From positions 718,418 through 782,417 of the forward strand of contig CAWJTV010000041.1 of NCBI GenBank assembly GCA_963845755.1: a DNA stretch of 64,000 nt, written 5' to 3'. Shown in pieces: positions 54,642 through 64,000 of this stretch (position 1 is its first letter; every line of letters starts with the position of its first letter). The stretch comes from an uncultured Planctomycetota bacterium (GTDB lineage Bacteria > Planctomycetota > Planctomycetia > Isosphaerales > Isosphaeraceae). The notes under the pieces are model-generated. The model was not told the DNA's origin. It made no database searches and saw nothing but the letters and a program-made list of their open reading frames with translations. The translations under genes and the position numbers were made by a program.

Positions 54642-55436
54642 GCCGAGTAGGGAAGGGGCGCCCGGCGGGCTCGATCGAGCTTCGGGTTTCCCCTTCCCCC
54701 TCTAAAATTCCGTACGGCGGGTTTTCCCCAGTACGGCTTCAAATGGACCGTCAATGGCGACCTTCGGCGAGGTCCCAGGGTTTAAGTGCCGTCCACATCC
54801 GCCCCAGGACTCCGTCTTATACGCCACCGCAGTGGGATCTCCCAGGAATACGTGATCCCCGAAGGGACGACCCGTTCTAGAGCCTTTCGGTTCAATGTGG
54901 CACGACCCCCAGCAACTCCCACACGTCCATCCCGAGGCCCTTGGCTCGCCGTCGGGTTATGTTGTCCCGACAGGTCATCGCTTACTACGGCCTCATCCGA
55001 GCCTCTGAATCCCTCCCCACCACTTATGAATTTGTGGCGAGGGCTGCTGCACCCAAGGAAATCGGCTTCGGGTGGGAATCCAGAGGGTCCCCAATTGACT
55101 CCGCTGGACTGTGCTCGCGTGCCGCCTCCCTTACCCCGGTGGCCCCAGAGAGTGCACATGACTGTTGCTTCCTCTCAGGTGTCAGCCTTCACCTCCAAGT
55201 TACGGGTTCGGCGACCACATTGGTCGTTTCGAGGCTGCAGAGTTCACTCCTACCATAAAAACCATAGGCATGGTTACGGCCCGCGAGCTGGCTAGCCCTC
55301 CTTTCGAGGACGTTTACGTTCGAGCTTTCGCTGGTCGGGTCACCCCGAGCCAACGTCGAGTATCACTACGTGGATAAACAGTCAATTTCCACGACCGGAC
55401 TTTCACCGGCAAGTCCAACGGCATTATGGGCTGCAG
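54642..55436 (-). ncRNA. ORF-less group II intron (795 nt)
   Basis: Domain V-like AAGCCGUACUGGGGAAAACCCGCCGUACGGAAUU (54740-54705); DVI with bulged A 7 nt from the end (CCCU-A-CUCGGC); 5' CUGCAGCCC; DI motifs AGCCUCGAAA and GCCGA...GAAGGC; no RT ORF. Confidence 0.88.
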
Positions 55437-55491
55437 AACTCGGTCTGACCCCGACCTCCTCTGATCGGCGACGACGGGCAGCGATCGCCGG

Positions 55492-56034
55492 TCATCCCCT
55501 TTTCGACCTCTTGACCTTTTGGGTCCCGCGCTCAGGGGGGATCTCGGATCGGAGCAATTGGGGCTCTCGGCCGGAAAGGATGTTCTCGATTGCTTCCTCG
55601 CCGGAATCCCCGAGGAAAACCGTCGTGTCGTCCGAGACACCAAAGACTCGCCCTGTCTCATCCTGGAGGAGCATGCAAGTCCCATACTGATAATGGCCGA
55701 TGGGGCATAGGGGGCGGACATCGAGGAGTCGTTCGACTTGACGCAACCCTCCGCCTCCCATCCCGCGGACCGCATCATCCGCGCAAAACTCCAGAATATC
55801 CAGATTCTTCGATTGATCTTCGTAACGAATCACGCGCCCGCCATAGCGGCGCAGGAAGTCGTGGGTTGCCGGCAATAACGAAACACCCTCATCCTGATAG
55901 GCTGTTTCGTAGACGGGAGTGTTCCGCTCTCGAATGGGAAACCAACCAGCGGCGCGAAGGTCGCTCTCCACCTGCTGGGAATAGGCGAAGGGACCCGTCT
56001 CCTGCTTTATCTTTCGCTTCAATCCACTTGCCAT
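55492..56034 (-). CDS. SUKH-3-like immunity protein
   Basis: 'LRAAGWFP.R', 'FLRRYGG', 'LCPIG', 'LLQDETGRVF'. Confidence 0.75.
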   Translation of the reverse strand: MASGLKRKIKQETGPFAYSQQVESDLRAAGWFPIRERNTPVYETAYQDEGVSLLPATHDFLRRYGGRVIRYEDQSKNLDILEFCADDAVRGMGGGGLRQVERLLDVRPLCPIGHYQYGTCMLLQDETGRVFGVSDDTTVFLGDSGEEAIENILSGREPQLLRSEIPPERGTQKVKRSKRG

Positions 56035-56078
56035 GGTCGAACATCCTCATAGATAAGGTCGATCAGTGTGCCTGGTGA

Positions 56079-56708
56079 TCAGGCGGTCCAAATCCTCCCA
56101 AGCTGGCTCCTCGACACGGTGACTCGACAGTTCGGGCATTGCGGGATGGGCCTCATGTCGCGGACTCTGAAGGTCCAAACATGCAGATCATGCTCCTGAG
56201 CGCCATCCAAGAGCGCCCGATTGAGGGCCTTGAACTCCGAGCAAGTCCGCGGTGATCGGGAGCCTACCAGCGTTCGCATCTGATGAGGCAGCACCAAGGG
56301 CAAACTTTGCTCTCGTGTCATGAGGCCGGTATGTACCATCATCCGAGACATCGAAGCAAAAAACCCACTCACTCCGTAGTATATCCTGTCTCTTCTCGTG
56401 TCGTAAACCACGGCGCCAACGGCTGAAGGACGAACGGCCGGAGGCAAGTGACTGAGACACCCCTCCAGAATGGCACCATAACTCTCGATCGCGTCGAGGA
56501 GATCTCGAGGTGTCCCGGTCAGTTGAATCTGGAGTCCTTGCGGCGAGATTTGCATCCACGGTTCAACACTCGATAAAACGGCAGCATCTTGAGGCAAATA
56601 AATGTTGAAATCCAACCACCTGGAATGACTTGGGGCACGAGTTGAGTATTCCTGCGCAAACAATGAAGATTTCTGCCTTAAGAATTGCAGCCACGGATGA
56701 TATGGCAC
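56079..56708 (-). CDS. YwqJ-like Zn-dependent deaminase toxin
   Basis: 'CSEFKALNRAL' (CxE) and 'PQCPNC' (PCxxC-like); directly upstream of the SUKH gene. Confidence 0.65.
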   Translation of the reverse strand: MPYHPWLQFLRQKSSLFAQEYSTRAPSHSRWLDFNIYLPQDAAVLSSVEPWMQISPQGLQIQLTGTPRDLLDAIESYGAILEGCLSHLPPAVRPSAVGAVVYDTRRDRIYYGVSGFFASMSRMMVHTGLMTREQSLPLVLPHQMRTLVGSRSPRTCSEFKALNRALLDGAQEHDLHVWTFRVRDMRPIPQCPNCRVTVSRSQLGRIWTA

Positions 56709-56778
56709 ATTGGCTCCTTACACTGGCGTTACTACTTGTGAAGCCTTGTGATTCGAGGCGCCTGAACCTGGAGCAGTC

Positions 56779-59700
56779 TTAGGCTCTCGGAATCGGCATC
56801 CGCGGCGGGGCCGTCTCCCACATCAGGTCGACCTCTTCCGGGGTCAGGCCGTAGGCTTCGTTGACCAGGTCGCTGATCCTGCGCTCCAGGCCCAGCGCCT
56901 CTCTCCCCAGGGCTTGGGCGGGGAGGATGGTTCGGGTGTGTTCCTCGCGGAGGTTGCGAAGGGCCGCGAGGCTCAGCGGGTTCTTCTTGCCTCTCGCCTT
57001 GCGGACTTCGGCGACGAAGGACTCGCCATCCAGTTCCAGAGAGGATTGAATCTTCTGACTCGGTTCGCTGATGCTGTGCTCGACCTTTAGCCAATCGAGC
57101 AACTGCGTGGTTGTCCTGTGAGACTCGCACGATCTCGACGAGTCGATTGACAGCCTCTCGACATTCCTCGCGGTCGTGTCGCTCGGTTGGGGAACGGGAT
57201 AGGATTCCATGAACGATGTGAAGTATCGCAACGCCTCGTCTTTCCATGTGGGCCGTCCTCCAAGCGAACCACCAACCGATTGGGGCGTTGAGCACGCGAC
57301 AGTAGCCACTCGTCTTTGGGACGGAAGAAAATATGTCGTGTTGTTCGACGAGATATTCGGCCGGCGTCAGGCAGAAGTTGGCGGTCCAGGTGATGTCCTG
57401 ATAGAGCAATTCGCGGCTTCGTCAATTCATCCCAGTAGGCGCATGCCCGAAGCTCCCACCAGAACGGCCATGATCCTGCCGCTTCCTCGAGGCGTCTTCG
57501 AGCGGCTTCAGGTGAGCGTGAAGGCCCGGGTAGGTCTTCTGAAAAACGGCTTCCGCCTCATCGCCTGAGTTGGCCCAGGGCCAGGGATGATCACCGCTCG
57601 ACTTCAGAGCGATCATCCAGAGACCAGACCCATTCGGGAACCATCGACCGATGTCCTGGCCGCGGAGATAGGGCCGAATGAGGTCTTGCGTGCCTGGTCC
57701 GATCGGAGGATCGAGTTTCCGGGTGGCGCAGTCGATCAGGAAAGCGTCATTGAGGCCGGTCAAGATCCCCATCAAAGGCTTGACGCCAGCGTACTCGGAA
57801 AGAGGAATCCCACGGCTCCGGATCTTGTCGAGAAGTCGCTCACTGATTCTGGCTCGAGCGACCATGCCTCTGCTCTCAGTCGCCCACGCTCAACTCCGAC
57901 TCCTTCCTTCGTGATCTGCACGCTCAGGTCATCGACCCTCAACTGCTCCCTCGGGATCGCGCAGACGCGCGTCGTGTCGGGAACGGTCCCGTCATCGGGC
58001 CGGCGAACCACGATGATCGACGGGAAGACGTCGGCGTCCTTGAAGATCTGCTTGGCGTGGCCGAAGTCGACGACCGACTCGACCCACCCTTTCTCCGCGA
58101 AGAACTTCCGCAGCGGCTCGCCGTAACCGGCCTTCATCCATTTGTTGGTGACGACGTACGACAGCCGGCCGCCGGGTTTGAGCAGGCTCAGGCCCAGCTC
58201 GTAGAAGTAGACGTACAGGTCGGCCATCCCGTGATAGGCCGCGTATCGCGATTGCAGGTACGGCTTGATCGGCGACAGCCATTCCTGCCGGATGTACGGC
58301 GGGTTGCCGATCACGACGTCGAAACCGCCGGGGCCTTGCTCCGGGCTGAAGACCTCGGGGAACTCGGCTTGCCAGTCGAATGCCCTCGGGTCGATCTGTC
58401 TTGTCGGCCACGATGCTGTTGCCGACGCGGAGGGTATGGTCGAGGCTGGTGAGGACCTTGCCCTTGACCGCCGTCTTGATCCAGAGGCTGAGCTTGGCGA
58501 TGTGGACGGCCTCGTCGTTCAGGTCGACGCCGTAGAGGTTCTCCTGGAGGATCTTGCGGTCCAGGTCGAAGAGCTCGGCGAATCCCCGCAGCTCCTGGAC
58601 CCGGTCGTTGGTGTGCTCGTACTCGGTGTGGAGCTGGTCGAAGGCTTCGATCAGGAACGCCCCGCTCCCGCAAGCCGGGTCGAGAATCCGGATCGAGCCG
58701 AGCTCCTGCTGCCAGTCCAGCCAGAACGACAGCAGCGCCTCCCGTTGCGGAGCCTTGAGCGCGTCGAGGTCATACGCCATCGGATCGGCCAGGGCGCTTC
58801 GGGCCGTCCCCTTGGCCTTATCGGCATGGGCGCGGCGGAGATTCTCGAAGCGATCCCGCAGGACGCCTCCCAGGGCTTGCTCGACGATGTAGCGAGTGAT
58901 GTAGTCGGGCGTGTAGAAGGCGCCTTCGCGCTTGCGGCGGCTGACTTTCTCCTTGCTCTCTTCAACCTCAGGGGCCTCGGGTATCTCGACGGGCTTGTCC
59001 AGCTCGGCCTGGAGTTTCTCCAGATCGTCGATCGACTGCTCGAAGATATGACCGAGGATCTCGACGTCGATGAGCTGGGCATCCGTGATGGCCTCGTCCT
59101 CGGCGATCGCCGAAGCCGGCCGGAAGTCGTACTCGGCCAGGTCGCGGAACAGCCCGAACACCTCGTCAGGGATCTTCAGGTTGTCGAGGACCGGGTCGTC
59201 GGCGAACAGGCCGCCGTTGTACTTGCGGATGTCCAGATCGTCGTTGCCGACGTTGATCGCGCGGAACATCCCGCGGAAGTTGTCCCAGAGCGGGCGGGGG
59301 TTGTACGGGTCGCGGTGGGCGTAGGCGCGCTTGATGGTCTCGGTGGGGAGCAGGCCGCGATCCTCGCAGAAGGCGATGAAGAGGATCCGGTCGAGGAGCT
59401 TCTGGGCACATCCCAGGATCAGGCGTGGGTCGATCTCGGAGTTCGCCCGCCGCAACATCGAGAGGGTGCTTCGACGGATGAACGCATACTCGGCGTAGAC
59501 CTCCCGGGTCAGCTCCCGGCCGACTTTCTCCGACTCCTGGAACAGCGTGTCGAGATGGCACGGACCGTGAGATGGGACCATCCGATTGGCGTGGAGCAGG
59601 AAGACGAACTTGCGGAGTTGACGCTCGTCGGCGGCCAGGGTCTCGGTGTCGAACCGCTCGTAGGTTTGCTTATCCGTCCCCTTGTAGTAGAGCCGGGTCT

Positions 59701-60163
59701 GGCGGATGTTCGTGACGATGATCCAGTTGCAGCGGAGGTTGATCGCGTAGTCAAACGCCTGGTCGACCGCCGAGAATTTGCGGCCGGCAAACGGCCGGTC
59801 GAGCGGGTCCTTGGGTCCCTTCCCCTCGACGGCTGCAATGTTGCGATTTCCGGCCGGCCCGAACTCGCCCAGAACAGCGTCGACGAACTTGCCGTCAGCC
59901 TGGACGTGCTTCTCGCGGGAGAACGTGTAACGCTTGGGGTTGTCGACCGCCCGGGTGTATCCCAGCAATTCACAGAAGACATCGTTGAGGAAGTCCCCGA
60001 GGATCTCCTGCTCCTTGTGGGCATCGACCGAGCCGGTGGCGATGATCTCGGCCCATTTTTCCAGCTTCGGACGGCGCTCGAGGACCGATTCGGGCAGGCT
60101 GAAGCCCAGGACGGGCAACCGGATCACGTCGGGTCGGAAAATCGGTTTGGCTTCGACCGGCAC
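56779..60163 (-). CDS. Type IIG restriction-modification enzyme (Eco57I-like nuclease-N6 methyltransferase-TRD fusion), multiple frameshifts
   Basis: 'VDAVL...AVEGKG' nuclease; 'KYNGGLF', 'ILGHIFEQ', 'GAFYTP', 'LDPACGSGAFL', 'IGNPPY'. Confidence 0.9.
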
Positions 60164-60185
60164 GTGCGCTTTCCTCAACCAGGCC

Positions 60186-60370
60186 TGAAGACTCGATCCG
60201 GACGACGCGATACGTCGCTCATCATAGCATGCCGGGGAGATCAGACGACTCGGCGCGGGCCGAAAAGAGGTGCAATACGCCTCAGGCGAGCCCGCAGGCG
60301 CCAGCGCAGCGCGTTCCGGCGGGGACCATCCACTCACTCGCTGGCGCTGCGGGCTCGTGGAGAATTCATG
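60186..60370 (+). repeat. About 185-bp direct repeat copy 1 (contains a REP-like palindrome)
   Basis: Aligns with 62443-62625. Confidence 0.9.
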
Positions 60371-60536
60371 CGTTTCTCCTTTCGCGCAGGCTGGCCATCA
60401 ATCCGAGAACCGCCTGGACCGAGAACACCTGGCTCCGAGGAATTGCAATCCGAACCGTCCTGGTCGTCTTCGTGGCGGGATAGCCTTCCAGCGACAGCCA
60501 GTAGGCGCAGCGGCGCAGGATCAATTCCTCCGGTGA

Positions 60537-60850
60537 TTATCTGATCCCCTGGCCTTCGTTAACCGGCATCACGAGGACCACCAGGATGCGCGGAATGTTA
60601 TCCCCCGTTTCCCGCAAGTCATCGTACGTCTTCTTCTCCAGGTCAAAGAGGACTTCGGATTCGCCCACATGGGCACGCGTGGTGCTTTTCAATTGCAGGT
60701 CCAACGGCCCGCTGATATCGGCAAGTCGCGATCCTCGCCTCCGGATCGCTCGTAAACAGAGATCAATTCCATGATCATCTTCGGGTTCGCTGCAAATCAG
60801 GCCGGCGTGTGCCGCGACGGCCCGGACGTAAGCCCTGCAGATACCCGGTT
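60537..60850 (-). pseudogene. DUF4365 (PD-(D/E)XK nuclease-like) fragment
   Basis: 'AYVRAVAAHAG...DDHGIDL...LQLKST...YDDLR..PRILVV'; truncated at both ends. Confidence 0.75.
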
Positions 60851-60937
60851 TGACCTCGTCCGCTGACTCGACCGGCCAGATCGAAGCCGCACCGCATCTC
60901 GCGCTCCCCTGCGCACGATACAAACAAGGGCGCGGTT

Positions 60938-61387
60938 TCAGACGGTCGAGGGATCCACCACCACAATTCCCGGGCCAAAGGCCGCCATCCGGGTGAAATG
61001 CGATGTGTTGAAAGTCAGCAAGTGGCCCACGCTGTAGATATGACAAACCACAACGAATCGGGCGTCGTGCACCTGCTTGCCGATGACGCCTAGGGCGCCC
61101 ACGAGGGCTTTCCACGCCGGATAGATGTCCGGTGTTTCCGCAAGCAACGGAAATGCCGCCTCGAAATTGGAGGCCTTTGCTTCCGCCTCCGCGGCCGTCA
61201 ACCCCAATCCGTTGACCACCGTTGGCCGAGTGGCCGCGTTCCGGAACTCGACGAGATTCTGCGGGGTGACGTGCAGCACTTCGCCGCGCCGGTGCAATTC
61301 CACCACGGCGCGGAGGGCGACCGGGTGATCCACGTCGGTTGCGTTCGCCAGCCGACCGAGGATACTGGTATCGACCAAATAGGCCAT
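60938..61387 (-). CDS. PIN-domain (VapC-like) toxin
   Basis: 'YLVDTSIL', 'PQNLVEF', 'GKQVHDAR', 'LLTFN'. Confidence 0.9.
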   Translation of the reverse strand: MAYLVDTSILGRLANATDVDHPVALRAVVELHRRGEVLHVTPQNLVEFRNAATRPTVVNGLGLTAAEAEAKASNFEAAFPLLAETPDIYPAWKALVGALGVIGKQVHDARFVVVCHIYSVGHLLTFNTSHFTRMAAFGPGIVVVDPSTV

Positions 61388-62073
61388 TATTCGTACAGCC
61401 CTTCGCTACTCAGAGCCTCGTGTGGTAGAGAGACGCCGCAAGGAGTACCGACCTGAATGATCAACCGCTCCCATTCATCCCGCGGCTCGATGGTCTCGGC
61501 CCGGGTGATGAGCCGATCCCGCTGAGTTTGAAGGGCTAAGACGTCCGGGGCAATTCCTTCGAGTTGGTCGTCGGCGGAAGGTCCGTCGCCCTTCTCATCG
61601 TCCGCCAGCACGTCGGGGAGTAAGCGGTTGGGGTCTTCGCCGAATAGGTGACCAAGGGCCGTCTCCAACCGCTTCTCGAGGGATGGCAGGTTGTCGGTCT
61701 TCATCTCCAAGAACCAACGCCCGTTCTGCGGCATGAGCGCGAAAGCGGCACGCCAACTCAGACGGGCCAAGGTCGCGTTGCGGTCCACGATCTCCTCGCG
61801 AAGACCGACCACAACGCGGGGAGTGCCGGAGTCCTTGACAATCGCAGCCTTCAGCGCGACCTGACCACTGTTGGGCAAACCGGGGGGTGCCTCCCAACTC
61901 AAACTGCCAGCCCTCTCGTCCCACCCAAGGAACGGAAGGCCGAACCGTGCCGCGATCCGGTTGACGGCTTTCGCCACCGGCAGGAGAGAGTGGGTTGCAT
62001 CCTGGCGACCGAGCCGATCCGTCTGGTACCGCCGACGAGTGATCCGCCTGCTCGAACTGGTGCCGCCCGACAT
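61387..62073 (-). CDS. Hypothetical protein with antitoxin-like C-terminus
   Basis: RBS gagggag; TAATG coupling to the PIN gene; ends 'PRDEWERL...GVSLPHEALSSEGLYE'. Confidence 0.55.
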   Translation of the reverse strand: MSGGTSSSRRITRRRYQTDRLGRQDATHSLLPVAKAVNRIAARFGLPFLGWDERAGSLSWEAPPGLPNSGQVALKAAIVKDSGTPRVVVGLREEIVDRNATLARLSWRAAFALMPQNGRWFLEMKTDNLPSLEKRLETALGHLFGEDPNRLLPDVLADDEKGDGPSADDQLEGIAPDVLALQTQRDRLITRAETIEPRDEWERLIIQVGTPCGVSLPHEALSSEGLYE

Positions 62074-62442
62074 AGCTCCCTCCCTCATCAACACAAAAAC
62101 CCATCCGCCGTCTAGCGTATCTAACATGGCTATCATAGCGGTCATTGGCTCAGAGTTTACACCATACTCGAGGGACGGGAAACGGAGATGGCGAACCGCT
62201 GAGCCTGGATCCATTCGTTGGGCTTGAGGCCGACGTCCCCTCGCCCCCATGTCCCCCTCGCCCCGGCCCCCTCGGCCCGTAGGAATGTCCCCCTCGGCCC
62301 GCCGGTACAAAACACAGAAAAATCATTAATCTTCCAGGCCGAATCGAGGACAGGCAGGGCTTTTCCCCCTTGTCCAAGGCGGTTAATTCTCCCCTACAAC
62401 TGTATAGTAGTTAACGAATTTCCGGTCCGCGGAAATCCACGT

Positions 62443-62625
62443 TGAAGACTCGATCCGGACGACGCGATACGTCGCTCATGATAGCATGCCGGGGAGATCA
62501 GACGACCGTGCGCGGGCCGAAAAAAAGTGCAATACGCCCCAGGCGAGCCCGCAGCGCCAGCGAGCGCGTTCCGGCGGGGACTATCCGGTCACTCGATGGT
62601 ACTTCGGGTACGTGGAGAATTCATG
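62443..62625 (+). repeat. About 185-bp direct repeat copy 2, overlapping the 3' end of the Rieske gene
   Basis: Aligns with 60186-60370. Confidence 0.9.
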
Positions 62626-63718
62626 GCGCGCTCGCGTTCCAGGATGATCTGGTCGAACTGGGGTAGGAGGTCCTCGCGGTGGGAGTACGGGCCAGGCCGA
62701 TAGGCCCGGGAGCCCAGGCCGAGCTGCATCTGCTCGCAGACGTGCCAGTCCTGGCGATTGGTCATGTCCCAGAAGGCGACGGCGTCGTCCGGGTTGAAGT
62801 CGGCGGCGGCCATGGCGTCGGGATGGAACAGCCACTCGCAGACGATCTCCGTCCGTCCGGCCGCTCGCGGCCAGAGGGCATGAGTCATGACGTAATCCGG
62901 ATGCGGGCTGAGCAGCAGATTGGGCAGCACGGCGTAGTAATAGACGTATCGGCACTCATCCTCACCAAGCCCGGGCAGGCAGGCGCGGCGAGGTTGGCCG
63001 TCGAGGGAGAGAGTGTGGATCCCCGGCGCAAGCCCATGCGACCGCCCAGGAAACCATTGGCCGCCGGCTCGTTCTCGCCGCTGAGATAATGCGAGAGTTT
63101 CTGGAGCGCCGGGTGGACTCCGGGGCAGTGGACGCATTCCGAGTAGTTGTGGATGATCAACTTCCAGTTGGCCGCGACGTCGTAGATGACCCGTTTGCCC
63201 AGGCGGAGCTGATCCATCCGCCAGGGGCGGAATAGCTCGTCCAGCCCGTGGAGCTGCTCCGCTAGCGTGCCAGGCTGCTCGGCCAGGTTGAGGAAGACAT
63301 GCCCGTCCCAGAGGTCTACCGCGACCCGATGCAGCGGGTAATCGGCCTCGCAAAAGCCGGCGATCCGATCCATCTGCGGGGCGGAGACCAGGCCGCCGTT
63401 CAGGTCATAGGTCCAGGCGTGATAGGGACACTGGATCGTCGAGGCAAAGGTCCCCGCGGGCCGCTCGCACAGACGGGTTCCGCGGTGCCGGCAGACGTTA
63501 TAGTACGCCGCGAGATCTCCGCGCTCGCCTCGGACGAGGATGATGCTCTCACCCGCGATCTCCCGCAAGACGAAGTCGCCTCGGTTGGGGATCTCGTGCG
63601 CCCGCCCGGCGTAGACCCACATCCCGAGGAAGAACCAGTCCCGCTCGGCCCGGAAATAGTCCGGGTCGATGTAGTAACGCGCCGGGAGGCTCATCCTCGC
63701 CGGAATCTTCTCGCTCAT
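62589..63718 (-). CDS. Rieske non-heme iron oxygenase alpha subunit (GbcA/choline monooxygenase-like; frameshift near 63020)
   Basis: 'NVCRHRG', 'CPYHAWTY', 'NWKL...NYSECVHC..VHP', 'FWDMTNRQDW'. Confidence 0.92.
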
Positions 63719-63972
63719 CTCGGCACCTCGAGGCAAACTACAATCATGGTGAGCAACGGCCCGGCGCTCCCCATTGTATCCGCATCCAGTCGTGGTCAGG
63801 AGACGCACTCGCGATCGAAAAAGCCCGGTCTCAGGACAAGCTTGCAATCTCGGTCGCCACCAACCCCAGTCGACCCAGCCGGCTGGCTTGCAGCCGCCAG
63901 GTCCATCTGGTAGCGTAACATGGACGAATGGAACCGCCTTGCGGCTGAAATCGTGGGCGGTTCCTTCCTTGC

Positions 63973-64000
63973 GCCGGGGTAGCTCAGCTGGTTAGAGCGG
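63973..64000 (+). tRNA. 5' part of a tRNA (anticodon outside the window, identity unknown)
   Basis: GCCGGGG-TA-GCTCAGCTGGTTAGAGC: acceptor 5' strand plus D-arm. Confidence 0.85.

Noticed and set aside
54782..55295. ORFs inside the intron as an intron-encoded protein
   Set aside because: They are short, lack RT (YADD) or nuclease motifs, and overlap structural RNA domains.
48000..62600. Integron cassette array or prophage
   Set aside because: No integrase, no regular attC-like sites and no phage structural genes are visible in the window.

Overview
High-GC (~65-70%) bacterial DNA with strong Planctomycetota (Isosphaeraceae/Singulisphaera-like) hallmarks: ECF sigma factors with long extensions, Ser/Thr kinase-TPR proteins, DUF1080, Uma2 and planctomycete-type REP palindromes. 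Many genes carry single-base frameshifts, most likely long-read consensus errors. Layout: (1) 1-17.8 kb mixed metabolic and signalling genes, including a Crp / multicopper oxidase / TolC unit; (2) about 17.8-33 kb redox, nitrosative and electrophile-stress island (two cytochrome P460, DUF417, two Ogt, an IS5-disrupted PP2C, OYE, nitroreductase, RidA, ABATE/CGNR regulator, RclA/MerA-like reductase). Two of its promoters share an identical tandem TAACC-N19-RGTTA operator. (3) 34-47.7 kb core genes (thioredoxins, rpmE-prfA-prmC, kinase, an expanded DsbD). (4) about 48-62.6 kb decaying defence/toxin island: TA modules, a DUF4062-NACHT-TPR NLR-like gene with near-identical 120-bp repeats, an ORF-less group II intron with non-canonical ends inserted in a REP-like hairpin, a YwqJ-like deaminase with SUKH immunity protein, a Type IIG R-M gene and a DUF4365 fragment. 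(5) A Rieske oxygenase and the 5' part of a tRNA at the window edge. The strongest novelty candidates are the ORF-less, hairpin-targeting group II intron (C...GC termini) and the putative ABATE/CGNR operator and regulon. All family calls are from motif recognition by eye; no searches were run.
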